Shown here: piece after piece, positions 36,705 through 46,362 of the stretch | Position numbering within the stretch: position 1 is the first letter of the stretch | Layout: every line of letters starts with the position of its first letter | Assembly: GCA_023265685.1 (NCBI GenBank) | Contig: JAHFSP010000002.1 | Span: 5,713 to 69,712 of the forward strand | Source of the DNA: Candidatus Woesearchaeota archaeon | GTDB lineage: Archaea; Nanobdellota; Nanobdellia; Woesearchaeales; GW2011-AR9 | Reading direction: 5' to 3' | Length of the DNA: 64,000 nucleotides | Program-made: the position numbers and the translations under genes | Notes under the pieces: model-generated | What the model was told of the DNA's origin: nothing | Database searches by the model: none | What the model saw: the letters and a program-made list of their open reading frames with translations, nothing else

Positions 36705-37832
36705 TCATCCAAAAAATCGTTTCAAAAATCCAACACTGGCTTTTTCTTCGTTGAGTTCTTTAATTAATTCGCGTTGTTTCTTGGAGAGTTTTGAGGGAAC
36801 GGCAACACGCACTTTAACCATCTGATCTCCGCGACCACTACCCTGGAGATGAGGTAAACCTTTACCTTTCATGCGTAGCGTTGTTTCAGATTGCGTTCCT
36901 TCAGGAATGGTGAGAATTGCTCTTCCATCAATAGTAGGAACTTCGATATCATCGCCAAGAGCCGCTTGGGTGAATGAGATGGGGATGGTAATTTGAAGAT
37001 TGTCTGTATCTCTAGCGAAATGTTGATGTTCTTGAATGTGGACGCGAATGTATAAATCTCCTGCTCTTCCACCAGCACCTCCCACTTCGCCTTCTCCGCT
37101 TACACGTAGACGCATACCTTCTTCAATTCCTGCAGGAATGGTAACTTCAATTTCTTTGCGGTCGCGTACAACTCCTTCACCGCTACATTCTTTACAAACG
37201 TCATCGGCTTTCTCGCCACGGCCTTGACAGGTAGAACAGGGTGCGGTTTGTTGGAAAATTCCAAACGGCGTGCGTTGGGTTTTACGAACATATCCAGACC
37301 CGCTACAGGCAGAACAATTGGAAAATGAGTGAGCGCCTTTGCCTTTACATGAGGTACAATGGGCAAGTTTATTGAGTTTGATTGATTTGGTTGTTCCTTT
37401 AGCTACTTCTTCAAGAGTGATCTCTAAATCGTAGAGTAAGTCTGCGCCGCGCCGATTTCCACCTCGTCTGCCTTGTCCTGTTTGCCCACCAAAGAGTTGG
37501 TCGAAAATGTCACCGAAATCACTCATACCACCAAATTGAGACATGACATCAGAAAAGTCATAGCCTTCAAATCCACCAGCACCTGGACCTGTTGCGCCAC
37601 CATTGAATGCGCTTGAGCCGTATTGGTCGTATTGACTACGTTTTTTATCGTCAGCAAGAATTGATGCGGCTTCATTGATCTCTTTGAATTTTGCTTCGTA
37701 CTCGACTTTTTTGTCATCTGGTGCACGATCGGGATGATATTTCATGGCTAGTTTTTTGTAAGCTTTTTTGATTTCTTCTTTGTTAGCGCTTTTTTCAACA
37801 CCAAGTAATGAGTAGTAATTTTTATCTGCCAT
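36705..37832 (-). CDS. dnaJ: chaperone DnaJ
   Basis: HPD J-domain, G/F region, four CxxCxGxG repeats; start moved to MADKNYY. Confidence 0.96.
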   Translation of the reverse strand: MADKNYYSLLGVEKSANKEEIKKAYKKLAMKYHPDRAPDDKKVEYEAKFKEINEAASILADDKKRSQYDQYGSSAFNGGATGPGAGGFEGYDFSDVMSQFGGMSDFGDIFDQLFGGQTGQGRRGGNRRGADLLYDLEITLEEVAKGTTKSIKLNKLAHCTSCKGKGAHSFSNCSACSGSGYVRKTQRTPFGIFQQTAPCSTCQGRGEKADDVCKECSGEGVVRDRKEIEVTIPAGIEEGMRLRVSGEGEVGGAGGRAGDLYIRVHIQEHQHFARDTDNLQITIPISFTQAALGDDIEVPTIDGRAILTIPEGTQSETTLRMKGKGLPHLQGSGRGDQMVKVRVAVPSKLSKKQRELIKELNEEKASVGFLKRFFG

Positions 37833-38544
37833 GGGTAACCTCGGTTTTTGATTGATTATGTTCTTGAGTTTGAATGTGCCTCTTAGCTTGAATGTGCGTC
37901 TCAAATTCTGGTTTTAAATCTTGTGGAGCGAAGGGAAGATGAGAAAAAATTTCTGTTTCAAATTGGATCATTTCTTGTTCTTCTTCATGTCTGAGTTTTG
38001 CTGTGGGATACATTTCGCGTAGGTAGACAAGACGGTCTTTGAGAGGAATGATGTCAGTTTTGAATACACGCCAGTCAACGTAATGAACGAGATTTTCTTC
38101 GAATGTTTTTTCATTGACGTGGATGCCTGGTGCACTGGCTTTGTGTAACGAGGCTGCAAGTTGAGGAAATTCTTTATGGAATATCTCATAGGCGATTTCG
38201 CCTTCGTATTTTCCGGTAAAGCGTTCTCGCAATGTTCTCCACATAGCGATTTCTTGATCGTTGTAGGGATACGGATGATATTTATGATGAGGATTTAATT
38301 CTTTAAGCGTTACTGCTTTGAATAAGTCGTGGAGGATAGAGAGAGCACGAACGAATTCGATGTTGGGAGGGGGATGGGGTTTCTTTTGAAGTTTTTGAAG
38401 TTTTTGAGATTTTTGAATTTCTTGTGCCATGAATACACTTACTTCTTGAACCGCTTTACAGTGTGCGAGGATGTTTTTAGGAACTTTATATTGGTCGAAG
38501 TAGGAAAGACATTGGGATTGAGTGGGGAGCTGAGGCTTTACCAT
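37822..38544 (-). CDS. HD-domain protein
   Basis: P.NI..H, ILHD, V.Y.D motifs. Confidence 0.75.
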   Translation of the reverse strand: MVKPQLPTQSQCLSYFDQYKVPKNILAHCKAVQEVSVFMAQEIQKSQKLQKLQKKPHPPPNIEFVRALSILHDLFKAVTLKELNPHHKYHPYPYNDQEIAMWRTLRERFTGKYEGEIAYEIFHKEFPQLAASLHKASAPGIHVNEKTFEENLVHYVDWRVFKTDIIPLKDRLVYLREMYPTAKLRHEEEQEMIQFETEIFSHLPFAPQDLKPEFETHIQAKRHIQTQEHNQSKTEVTHGR

Positions 38545-38610
38545 AGATCATGAGTGTTGTGAGTGGATGAAAATTATAAAAAAATAAAAAAACAAGACCG
38601 ATTGGTCTGC

Positions 38611-40539
38611 CTATTGGTCTTTGCCTTTTTTCTTGCTGGATTTCTCAGATCCTGCTTTCTCTTTGAACTCGGCGTCAACAACTTTCTCGCCATGAGCATG
38701 GCCTGAGTGGTCGTCACCATCAGCATGTCCATGAGCTCCATGGCCAGCATGACCAGCTTGAGCACCACCAGTTGCTTGTTGAGCGGCAGCAGCATCTTGG
38801 TAGATTTTTGCACCAATTTCGCCAATGACTTTGTTTAAGTCTTCAATGGCTGAGTTGATTGCTGCAGGGTCTTCGCCGTGGCGTAGTTTTTCAACGTGAG
38901 CGATTTTTTCTTCAATGCGTTTGCGAGTACCATCATCAACTTTGTCTTTGAATTCGTCAAGGACTTTCTTGGTTTGGTAGACAACGGAGTCAGCGTTGAT
39001 TTGTGCTTCGATGATTTCGCGCTTGCGTTCGTCTTCGGCAGCATGTTTCTCAGCTTCTTCACGCATCTGTTTGACTTCTGCTTCACTAAGCGCACTTGAG
39101 CCAGTTATTTTGATTTTTTGTTCTTTGCCAGTTCCGAGATCTTTCGCACTTACGTGAACAATTCCGTTGGCGTCAATGTCGAAGGTAACTTCAACTTGGG
39201 GAATACCACGAGGTGCAGGCGGAATACCCATCAAATCAAATTGACCAAGGGTTTTGTTGTCGTGAAACATGGGGCGTTCGCCTTGTCCAACTTTGATTGT
39301 TACTGCAGTTTGGTTATCGGCTGCGGTGGAAAAAATCTGTGATTTTTTGGTTGGAACAGTGGTGTTACGCTCAATGAGACGAGTGAAAACGCCGCCGAGA
39401 GTTTCAATTCCCAGTGAGAGAGGGGTAACGTCAAGTAAGAGAACGTCTTTAATGTCTCCAGTAAGAACACCTGCTTGAACAGCAGCACCTAAGGCCACAG
39501 CTTCATCTGGGTTAACGGATTTGTCTCCATCTTTTCCAGCAATTTTACGTACGAGATCTTGGACACAAGGAATACGGGTTGATCCTCCTACGAAAATTAC
39601 TTTGTGAATATCGTTTTGAGTCATAGACGCATCGCGCAGAGCTTGTTTTACGGGACCTTCTAGTCGACGCAAAATGTCGTGAATCAATGATTCAAATTGA
39701 GCACGAGTAAATTCTTCTTTGAGATGTTTAGGTCCATGTTGGTCAGCAGTAATAAACGGAATGTTAATCTCGACTTTCATTTTAGAGGAGAGTTCGATTT
39801 TGGCTTTTTCTGCTGCTTCTTTGAGACGTTGCATGGCAGTTGGGTCGTGATGAAGATCGATTCCGGTGGATTTTTTGAATGTGTCCATGAGATGATTCAT
39901 CAAGAGTTCATCAATGTCGTCGCCACCAAGGAAGTTGTCTCCACTGGTAGATTTAACTTCAAAGATTCCATCGCCAAGTTCAAGAATAGATACATCAAAT
40001 GTTCCTCCACCAAAATCAAAGACGAGAATAGTATGATCTTTTTCTTGCTTGTCGAGGCCATAGGCAAGAGCTGCGGCGGTTGGTTCGTTGATAATACGAA
40101 GAACGTTAAGGCCAGCAATTTCTCCGGCATTTTTAGTTGCTTGACGTTGGGAGTCGTTAAAATAGGCAGGTACAGTAATAACTGCATTCTTTACATCTTG
40201 ACCGAGATAGGCTTCTGCATCACGTTTGAGCTTTTGTAAGATCATTGCAGAAATTTGTTCTGGTGTATATTGTTTGGAATCAATTTTTACTTTCTCGTTG
40301 GTTCCCATTTTACGTTTGATAGAACGAATCGTATTGTGGGGGTCAGTAATAGCTTGGTTACGTGCTACTTGTCCTACTACTACTTCGTCATCTTTGATGT
40401 TCAAAACACTAGGCGTGGTTCTGTTCCCTTCTGAGTTGGGAATAATAACTGGTTTACCGCCTTCGAGAATTGCGACGGCAGAAAAAGTTGTTCCGAGATC
40501 AATGCCAATGGTGGCTCCGTTTATGGTTTTTGTTGTCAT
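38611..40539 (-). CDS. dnaK: chaperone DnaK
   Basis: [38 protein letters not shown]. Confidence 0.98.
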   Translation of the reverse strand: MTTKTINGATIGIDLGTTFSAVAILEGGKPVIIPNSEGNRTTPSVLNIKDDEVVVGQVARNQAITDPHNTIRSIKRKMGTNEKVKIDSKQYTPEQISAMILQKLKRDAEAYLGQDVKNAVITVPAYFNDSQRQATKNAGEIAGLNVLRIINEPTAAALAYGLDKQEKDHTILVFDFGGGTFDVSILELGDGIFEVKSTSGDNFLGGDDIDELLMNHLMDTFKKSTGIDLHHDPTAMQRLKEAAEKAKIELSSKMKVEINIPFITADQHGPKHLKEEFTRAQFESLIHDILRRLEGPVKQALRDASMTQNDIHKVIFVGGSTRIPCVQDLVRKIAGKDGDKSVNPDEAVALGAAVQAGVLTGDIKDVLLLDVTPLSLGIETLGGVFTRLIERNTTVPTKKSQIFSTAADNQTAVTIKVGQGERPMFHDNKTLGQFDLMGIPPAPRGIPQVEVTFDIDANGIVHVSAKDLGTGKEQKIKITGSSALSEAEVKQMREEAEKHAAEDERKREIIEAQINADSVVYQTKKVLDEFKDKVDDGTRKRIEEKIAHVEKLRHGEDPAAINSAIEDLNKVIGEIGAKIYQDAAAAQQATGGAQAGHAGHGAHGHADGDDHSGHAHGEKVVDAEFKEKAGSEKSSKKKGKDQ

Positions 40540-40655
40540 GTTTTCCTCCGATTAATGGTATTTTTTGTTTATTTTTTAGTTGTTATTTTTCGGTTTTTGT
40601 TTTTTTGATTAGTAGTTAATGAATTCATTTTTGATTTTTGATTCATTCACTTTTA

Positions 40656-41222
40656 CTATTCCTTCTTATTTTCTGATTTCTTATCAGGCCCACTGCTAAT
40701 TTTAACACGCGCAGGGCGCAAAACTCTGCCATGAAGGAGATAGCCTTTCTGAAATTCTTCGATAACTGTTTCAGCTGCTCGTAGATCGGGAACTTTAGCG
40801 AGTGCTTGATGCATCACTGGGTCAAATCTATTTCCGACTGTGGCAATTGTTGCGACACCTTGTTTTTCAAGTAGGCTCAAGATTTGTGAATAGACCATAT
40901 CAAGACCTTCTTGAAGAACGGCAGCATCATGGTTGGAATTTTTAAGTGCTAAGTGTAAGGTGTCTACGATGAGGAGAAAGTCACCTAAGAATTTCTTGAG
41001 CGCCATTTGTTCTGATTCGGTGATACGCTGTTGCACTTGCTTGCGATAGTTTTCGAAGCTAGCTTGATTGCGTTGGAGTAAGTCGGTTAGTTCTTCGATT
41101 GTGGGTCCTTGGCTAGGAAGGGTTGTGGCAGGTTTAGGAGTTTGAGCAGCGTCTTCAACGCTCTGAGTGGGTTGAGTAGATTCGTGCTGTTTTTCCTTTT
41201 TTTGTTGATCTGAGTTCGACAT
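40656..41222 (-). CDS. grpE: nucleotide exchange factor GrpE
   Basis: A.FENYRK, FDP..HQA, KGY.L..RVLRPA.V. Confidence 0.95.
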   Translation of the reverse strand: MSNSDQQKKEKQHESTQPTQSVEDAAQTPKPATTLPSQGPTIEELTDLLQRNQASFENYRKQVQQRITESEQMALKKFLGDFLLIVDTLHLALKNSNHDAAVLQEGLDMVYSQILSLLEKQGVATIATVGNRFDPVMHQALAKVPDLRAAETVIEEFQKGYLLHGRVLRPARVKISSGPDKKSENKKE

Positions 41223-41302
41223 GGTAGGCTTGGAATCAAATTTATTTATAAAGATTTCGGAACCACGCTACATTTAAATAGAAAAACGCTTCTCTTCTAT
41301 CC

Positions 41303-41704
41303 ATGGCCCACAAAGTAACAGTTCTTAAAATCCGACGTGGTCCCCCTGATAATATCAACCAAGATCTCCAATGGGTGGGGTCCTCGTTAGGACTCTTTAA
41401 TCAACGCGATAAGGACAGTAGTTGTTTTCGTGTGTTTATTACTCTGCTTAAAAAAACACGGAGTGCAGATGCAGTTACATCAGATGATATTGCGTTGAAA
41501 TTAGATCTGAGTCGAGGAACCGTCGTACATCATTTGAGTAAGTTAATGGACGCAGGTATCGTGGTTCATCTCAAAGGAGGGTATTCTCTTCGGGAAGCGA
41601 ACTTGCAGAAGGTCATCCGGAGTCTTCAAAAGGATATGGATACCATTTTTGGTGAGATTCAAGATGTGGCAAAAGAGATTGATTCGCAGTTGGGAAATTT
41701 TTGA
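41303..41704 (+). CDS. winged-HTH transcriptional regulator
   Basis: SDDIA..L.LSRGTVVHHL..L..AGIV; divergent from grpE. Confidence 0.8.
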   Translation: MAHKVTVLKIRRGPPDNINQDLQWVGSSLGLFNQRDKDSSCFRVFITLLKKTRSADAVTSDDIALKLDLSRGTVVHHLSKLMDAGIVVHLKGGYSLREANLQKVIRSLQKDMDTIFGEIQDVAKEIDSQLGNF

Positions 41705-41814
41705 TTGATTTGTATGTTGATTGAGATGGTTAAACCAGTTTTCTGAGTGGCTTGAGAGTGTTTACAAGAGACAAAAAAGATAGCTATTTATAGAGAAAAA
41801 GTAACCTTCTGGTT

Positions 41815-43263
41815 ATGCGTACGATAAAAGAGGCCGTAGTACTTCTTAGTTTGTTGCTTATCTTAATACAAGTGATACAGCTAGGTATCGTTTTTTCGCT
41901 GACTGGGGCGGCATCTACAGGGACAGTAGGACTCTGTTATAATCATGCCCCTACATTCCTTAATCTGAGTAACCACACCGTAGCACACAATTTTGAATAT
42001 GTTCGTACCATTACATTTAACGACACAAATGGAGATGCAGTAGCTATTTTTGATAATACTTCGCTCTTTTCCATAATAAATACAACAGGAGTTATCAATT
42101 TCACACCCACGATATCCCAGGTGGCAAATTATTCTATTCTGGTTACACTTCGAGATTATAACAGTTCTTGTCCACTCGAGGCATCAGAGGTATTTGTTCT
42201 TTCAATCAATAATAGTATCCCTCAGTTAAGCACGATCATTCCAAACCAAACTTGGGAAGAGGATGTTTCACTTAGTGGGTTAGATTTAGACAATTATTTT
42301 ACAGATTATGAAACAGATAGTGTCATTTATACGGTACGTTATGGTTCCAATGTACGTGTCTCCATAGCATCACCAAGCAATCTGGTAACTATTCGCCCAG
42401 ACCGGGATTTTTCGGGAACGAGTTGGATGCTCTTTACCGCGAATGACACTTTAGGATCAGTCACATCAAATAATGTTTCACTTAACATCACCGCCGTCGC
42501 TAATTATTGTGGGGATAGTGCTTGTAATGCAGATGAAAGCTGTACAAGCTGTTCCACAGATTGTGGGACTTGCCCAGCATCAAGTAGTAGCAGTAGTGGA
42601 GGTGGAGGTGGGGGCACAAGAATCATTGAGAAAATAATAAATAACACTGGAGGATGCGCGGATTCTTACCAGTGTTATGAGTGGTCACCTCAATCATGTG
42701 ATGTTGGAAACCAAGAAAGACGATGTATTTGGGTAGAAAAAAGTTGTACCGTTACTAAAACAATCGAAACAAGACCTTGTAAATGTATCCCTAACATTGT
42801 TTGTTCAGTTTGGGACCCTGAAGTGTGCTCTCCAGATCAAACTCAAATACGTACTTGTAACGATATCCATAATTGTGGAGCACCCGTTAGACTTTCTACT
42901 CAAAAGGAATGTTTGTTTGATGCCCTCAACCAAAGCAGCGGAATCTTCTCCAACGCTAATTCCCCACTGCCGGGAATCGTTGGTGCTGCTTATGCCAACC
43001 TCATTCCTCGTTTGTGGAGCGAATATAAGTCACAGGGTAGTTACCTAGTTCTCGTGCTTCTGCTCTGTGCAGTAATAGTCTGGTGGTTTTATCACAAGAG
43101 ATACTGTCTCACAATAGAAAGAATACCCCTCCCAATAGAAGAATACACTCTTGAGATAGAAACAATTGTGCAAACAGCATCGCTGCATCGGCTCAGAATT
43201 AGAACGCAATTTCGTTGTTCACTCAATAGCACGAAAGGAAAATATAGAAAAGTAATCAGGTGA
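41815..43263 (+). CDS. surface protein with Ig/cadherin-like and Cys-rich repeats, N- and C-terminal TM
   Basis: N.AP.F, LDLDNYF.D, CGD..C...ESC.SC..DC, SSSSGGGGG linker, W....C...Q.R.C repeats. Confidence 0.8.
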   Translation: MRTIKEAVVLLSLLLILIQVIQLGIVFSLTGAASTGTVGLCYNHAPTFLNLSNHTVAHNFEYVRTITFNDTNGDAVAIFDNTSLFSIINTTGVINFTPTISQVANYSILVTLRDYNSSCPLEASEVFVLSINNSIPQLSTIIPNQTWEEDVSLSGLDLDNYFTDYETDSVIYTVRYGSNVRVSIASPSNLVTIRPDRDFSGTSWMLFTANDTLGSVTSNNVSLNITAVANYCGDSACNADESCTSCSTDCGTCPASSSSSSGGGGGGTRIIEKIINNTGGCADSYQCYEWSPQSCDVGNQERRCIWVEKSCTVTKTIETRPCKCIPNIVCSVWDPEVCSPDQTQIRTCNDIHNCGAPVRLSTQKECLFDALNQSSGIFSNANSPLPGIVGAAYANLIPRLWSEYKSQGSYLVLVLLLCAVIVWWFYHKRYCLTIERIPLPIEEYTLEIETIVQTASLHRLRIRTQFRCSLNSTKGKYRKVIR

Positions 43264-43504
43264 GATGAAAAGCGGACAAGAGAAGCGTAGTCAAATCGAT
43301 GAGTATATGCCGGAGTCTGCGAGAACGTAGAATGGGTATGTTTTGTTTCTTTCGTTTTATTCAGATATTGAAGGATTGTGCTGATCCAAAGGATAGAAAC
43401 TGATCTTGAGGTTTAGAAAAGAGATGTGTTAATGTAGAGCGCGGTGTGTACAAAAAGAGAAAACATCCGTTTGGTTGTTGAGGACTGTTTATGGATTGCC
43501 ACTC

Positions 43505-43618
43505 TTACAAGGTTACTTGTTCTTTACAATAATGGCACCGCACAGAACAAATTCCGGAAAACCGAAATGACGTAAATGTTTGCTTACACCTAGGACAACT
43601 GGTTGTCTGATGCTGCAT
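43505..43618 (-). CDS. 37-aa Zn-ribbon microprotein MQHQTTSCPRCKQTFTSFRFSGICSVRCHYCKEQVTL
   Basis: CPRC...CHYC; TTATAAATA about 25 nt upstream; absent from ORF track. Confidence 0.65.
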   Translation of the reverse strand: MQHQTTSCPRCKQTFTSFRFSGICSVRCHYCKEQVTL

Positions 43619-43703
43619 GAGGAATAGAGAGTATATGTTATTTATAAGTGTTATGGAATGGTGGACTCTGCCCTAAATCTCGTCTGCGACTACATCACTA
43701 TTC

Positions 43704-43860
43704 TATAGTCATCCAACTTGAAAACCCGGTGCCAAGTTGGACTCGTTACAAAAAATGAGATAATTCTCATTTTTGTACAGAAAATCGATAGTCTTCGATT
43801 TTCTTGTATGGTCAAACAAGTGGCGAAACCCCTTCGGGTTTTCTTTCTTGGTTGACTATA
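43704..43860. mobile_element. MITE-like element (153 bp plus TA duplication)
   Basis: ends TATAGTCATCCAA / TTGGTTGACTATA (12/13 inverted match including TA); four internal hairpins; in-silico excision leaves an intact stop for the adjacent NUDIX gene. Confidence 0.65.
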
Positions 43861-44302
43861 ATTTAGCTGGTCTTTTGTACCCTATTTTTTCTAGGTAGAA
43901 GATTGTTGCGTCTGAGAGGTACTGGAGGGTTTTGATTTTTTCAAGAGAGAGAAATTTTTGTTGATGATGTTTATGGGGTTCTTTGTTTTCGAGGTCGCCA
44001 GAGTAGGAGAATATTTCATAAAGATGGAGAGTCAGATGTACATCTTTTCCGTCTCGGACATAATAATATTTTTTAGTGCCAATTTTTTGAAATTTTTTTA
44101 GGTGAAGGTTACATTCTTCGAAAATTTCTTGTTTGATGGCTGTGCGAGGAGATTGATTAGGATGGGCTTTACCGATAGGGATTGTCCAGAAGCCAAACTT
44201 AACGTGATCTTGCATGAGAATGTTGCCGTTTTTGTCTTTGATGATGGCGGCGACGGCGTTGTGGTCAACAAGATCTTCTGGAGTGTAGTTAATTTTGGAC
44301 AT
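43856..44302 (-). CDS. NUDIX hydrolase
   Basis: W.IPIGK......PRTAIKQEIFEECNL (degenerate Nudix box), NKEPHKH. Confidence 0.85.
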   Translation of the reverse strand: MSKINYTPEDLVDHNAVAAIIKDKNGNILMQDHVKFGFWTIPIGKAHPNQSPRTAIKQEIFEECNLHLKKFQKIGTKKYYYVRDGKDVHLTLHLYEIFSYSGDLENKEPHKHHQQKFLSLEKIKTLQYLSDATIFYLEKIGYKRPAKL

Positions 44303-44437
44303 GTGATAAATGGAGGAACATAAAAGGACATAAAAAGGTATGTGAGTATTCTTGGACTGAAAAATGGAGATTACAAGTAATAAAAGTAAGAAGAAGGTAA
44401 GAAGTAAGAATAAAAAATTAATCGCTTAAAAATAAAA

Positions 44438-44842
44438 TTAATCGCTTGCTAATCGCCAGATGGTTTTCATGCCTACAATTATTGCACCAGGGACAACGAA
44501 CACCACGATGTTACTTAAAACGGTTCTCAAGAATTGACCCAGAGCAGGGAAAAGTCCAAAAAACGTGAACAAGCCTAGATTGACAATGCCTGCAAGCATG
44601 AGTGCAATCGCTGCGATTAAAAAGGGCGTTGTTTCTTTGGCTGCAAGATTAAATAGACCAACTATGAATCCTAAAATAACTAATGTTGAGACGAGTGCTT
44701 CTGCTGATAGATAGGATCTTAAAAATGCGGCAATAATACATACTAATAAACCTGCGAAAAAAGCATAGTGAGCAAGACGATGAAGTTCTACGCCCCCAAG
44801 CATATGAGAGGAAGATTCACCTGACCTCTTTTTTGTAACCAT
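44438..44842 (-). CDS. small 4-TM membrane protein
   Basis: LG.IVG..N...KE...FLIA.IAL; GAGGTGA RBS. Confidence 0.75.
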   Translation of the reverse strand: MVTKKRSGESSSHMLGGVELHRLAHYAFFAGLLVCIIAAFLRSYLSAEALVSTLVILGFIVGLFNLAAKETTPFLIAAIALMLAGIVNLGLFTFFGLFPALGQFLRTVLSNIVVFVVPGAIIVGMKTIWRLASD

Positions 44843-44858
44843 TACTAATCACCTCTTA

Positions 44859-45251
44859 ATGTTTGGAATGATGATGTTTTGGTATATAAATCATTCGGTA
44901 GGGCTATTTGGGATAAAAGAGGAGAATGGAGGTTTGACAAGAAAGAGAGGGAAATCATTTAAAGAGGAGAAGTTAAAACTGAGTGTGGAACTTGAATTTA
45001 TTCTTGCAAAATGTAAAACGAAAGCGACGTTTTCTGCTACGTTGAAAAAAGTTCGGCAGCTGGATTTGAAGGCTATTGAGAAACAGTTTGAAGTAGTGTT
45101 GGATACACCTTTGTTACTTGTAGTGAAGGTTGATGGTGTTGAGATTATCATTCATGGTTATGGGGAATTGTTGTTTAAGAGCGGTGAAGATATGGTATGG
45201 ATGGAAAAAGTGGCAAAAAAAATTTATGAACAGGGGTTGAAGAGATCATGA
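44859..45251 (+). CDS. hypothetical protein (true start probably further downstream, e.g. GTG 44985)
   Basis: ATGA overlap with downstream NUDIX gene. Confidence 0.55.
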   Translation: MFGMMMFWYINHSVGLFGIKEENGGLTRKRGKSFKEEKLKLSVELEFILAKCKTKATFSATLKKVRQLDLKAIEKQFEVVLDTPLLLVVKVDGVEIIIHGYGELLFKSGEDMVWMEKVAKKIYEQGLKRS

Positions 45252-45652
45252 GAGTCGTTGGATGTTTTATTGAGTTTGAAGGAAAGTTTCTGCTTTTGCA
45301 ACGTAGCGAGTTTGTAGATCAGCCTTTAACGTGGGCTTTGCCAGCTGGAAAGGTTGAGTCTGGTGAGACGGATCTTGCGGCGATGATGCGAGAGTTACGT
45401 GAAGAAACAGGATATATTGCTCGTAAAGAGGAGTTGGAATTCTTGGGGGTTATTGAACAGGATTTAGCTTGGGGACATTTGACATTTCCGACGTTTCGGA
45501 TTAGACTTGTTGCTCCTATTGAGGTTAGGGTTAATTTGCGAGAGCATTGTGGTTTTCGTTGGGTGAATGCACATAAATGTTATGCAGAGAAGAATGTGGT
45601 GACGGGACTCCACGAGTTATTGGTAAGAGTGGGATACGTGAAGAAGAAATAG
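45248..45652 (+). CDS. NUDIX hydrolase
   Basis: GKVESGETDLAAMMRELREETG Nudix box. Confidence 0.92.
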   Translation: MRVVGCFIEFEGKFLLLQRSEFVDQPLTWALPAGKVESGETDLAAMMRELREETGYIARKEELEFLGVIEQDLAWGHLTFPTFRIRLVAPIEVRVNLREHCGFRWVNAHKCYAEKNVVTGLHELLVRVGYVKKK

Positions 45653-45675
45653 ATTTCTTTGATATTAAAAAAAAG

Positions 45676-45772
45676 CGTCCCGGACGTGATTTGAACACGT
45701 GACCTGACGGTATCTTTTCACAGATACTGTGAGTAACAGCCGTCCGCTCTAACCGGGCTGAGCCACCGGGAC
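45676..45772 (-). tRNA. tRNA-Asn(GTT) with 22-nt intron at 37/38 (45712-45733)
   Basis: GTCCCGG/CCGGGAC acceptor, GCTC/GAGC D stem, GACGG/CCGTC anticodon stem, ACGTG-TTCAAAT-CACGT T arm; intron hairpin TCACAG/CTGTGA; TATA at 45799-45806. Confidence 0.93.
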
Positions 45773-45814
45773 ACTGAGGTTGAAAGTGCGATGGTTGATT
45801 TATAAAGATTTCTG

Positions 45815-45970
45815 CGATCGGGGCTTTGTAGAAAGTCTCGTTCGGACCCTCGCAGGAAGTCATATTTTTGAATAAAAGTTTTATTTTTTCGATTGCGAGG
45901 GTATGGTGGAGTGACTAACTGTTGTCCTCACTGGTGCAGGGCACGACTTTTTCTACAGAGCCTGCGATCG
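45815..45970 (+). ncRNA. unidentified structured element (multi-stem RNA or repeat)
   Basis: long closing stem plus two inner stems, with G-U pairs favouring the + strand. Confidence 0.4.
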
Positions 45971-46049
45971 GCGGGTGGAAAAATGATCTGGCTGAAATGG
46001 GAGGTTTTCTTGCAATATTCTTTTAAAAAAGATAGTGTTTTAGTAGAAT

Positions 46050-46352
46050 ATGGTAATATCTACTCTTACACCTAGACTTGAAGAAGCACAAAAGACAATA
46101 GAGGCCACGTTGATGTGGGCTGGGATGTTAGAGTCGAGTCCAGGAAGGAGTTTGCTTTTTGTTGATATTGGAACGGATATTTGTGATAAATATACTCTTG
46201 ATGAATTTTTGTTGGTTGCGAAAGGTGTTGGAGATTCTTTGGTATACGTAGCAGATACAGATCCTGTAAAGTATGAAGCCCTACGACAAACACCCATCGC
46301 AGAAGGTTATCTACGGGTTTTAAATGAATATAAACGACGAGAATCTGGGTAA
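46050..46352 (+). CDS. hypothetical protein
   Basis: 100 aa; TTTTAAAA about 25 nt upstream. Confidence 0.55.
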   Translation: MVISTLTPRLEEAQKTIEATLMWAGMLESSPGRSLLFVDIGTDICDKYTLDEFLLVAKGVGDSLVYVADTDPVKYEALRQTPIAEGYLRVLNEYKRRESG

Positions 46353-46362
46353 TATTAGTAGA

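Noticed and set aside
43265..43330. 21-codon ORF after the 482-aa surface protein
   Set aside because: Too short, with no motif or independent support
45815..45970. RNase P or SRP RNA
   Set aside because: GAAAGTC/GACTTT resembles P4, but it is nested in the closing stem rather than pseudoknotted; P2/P3 and the ACAGAA segment before it are missing; no SRP helix-8 motif and too short
45893..46075. 60-aa ORF over the structured element
   Set aside because: TTG start, no RBS or motif, overlaps the hairpin and the next gene
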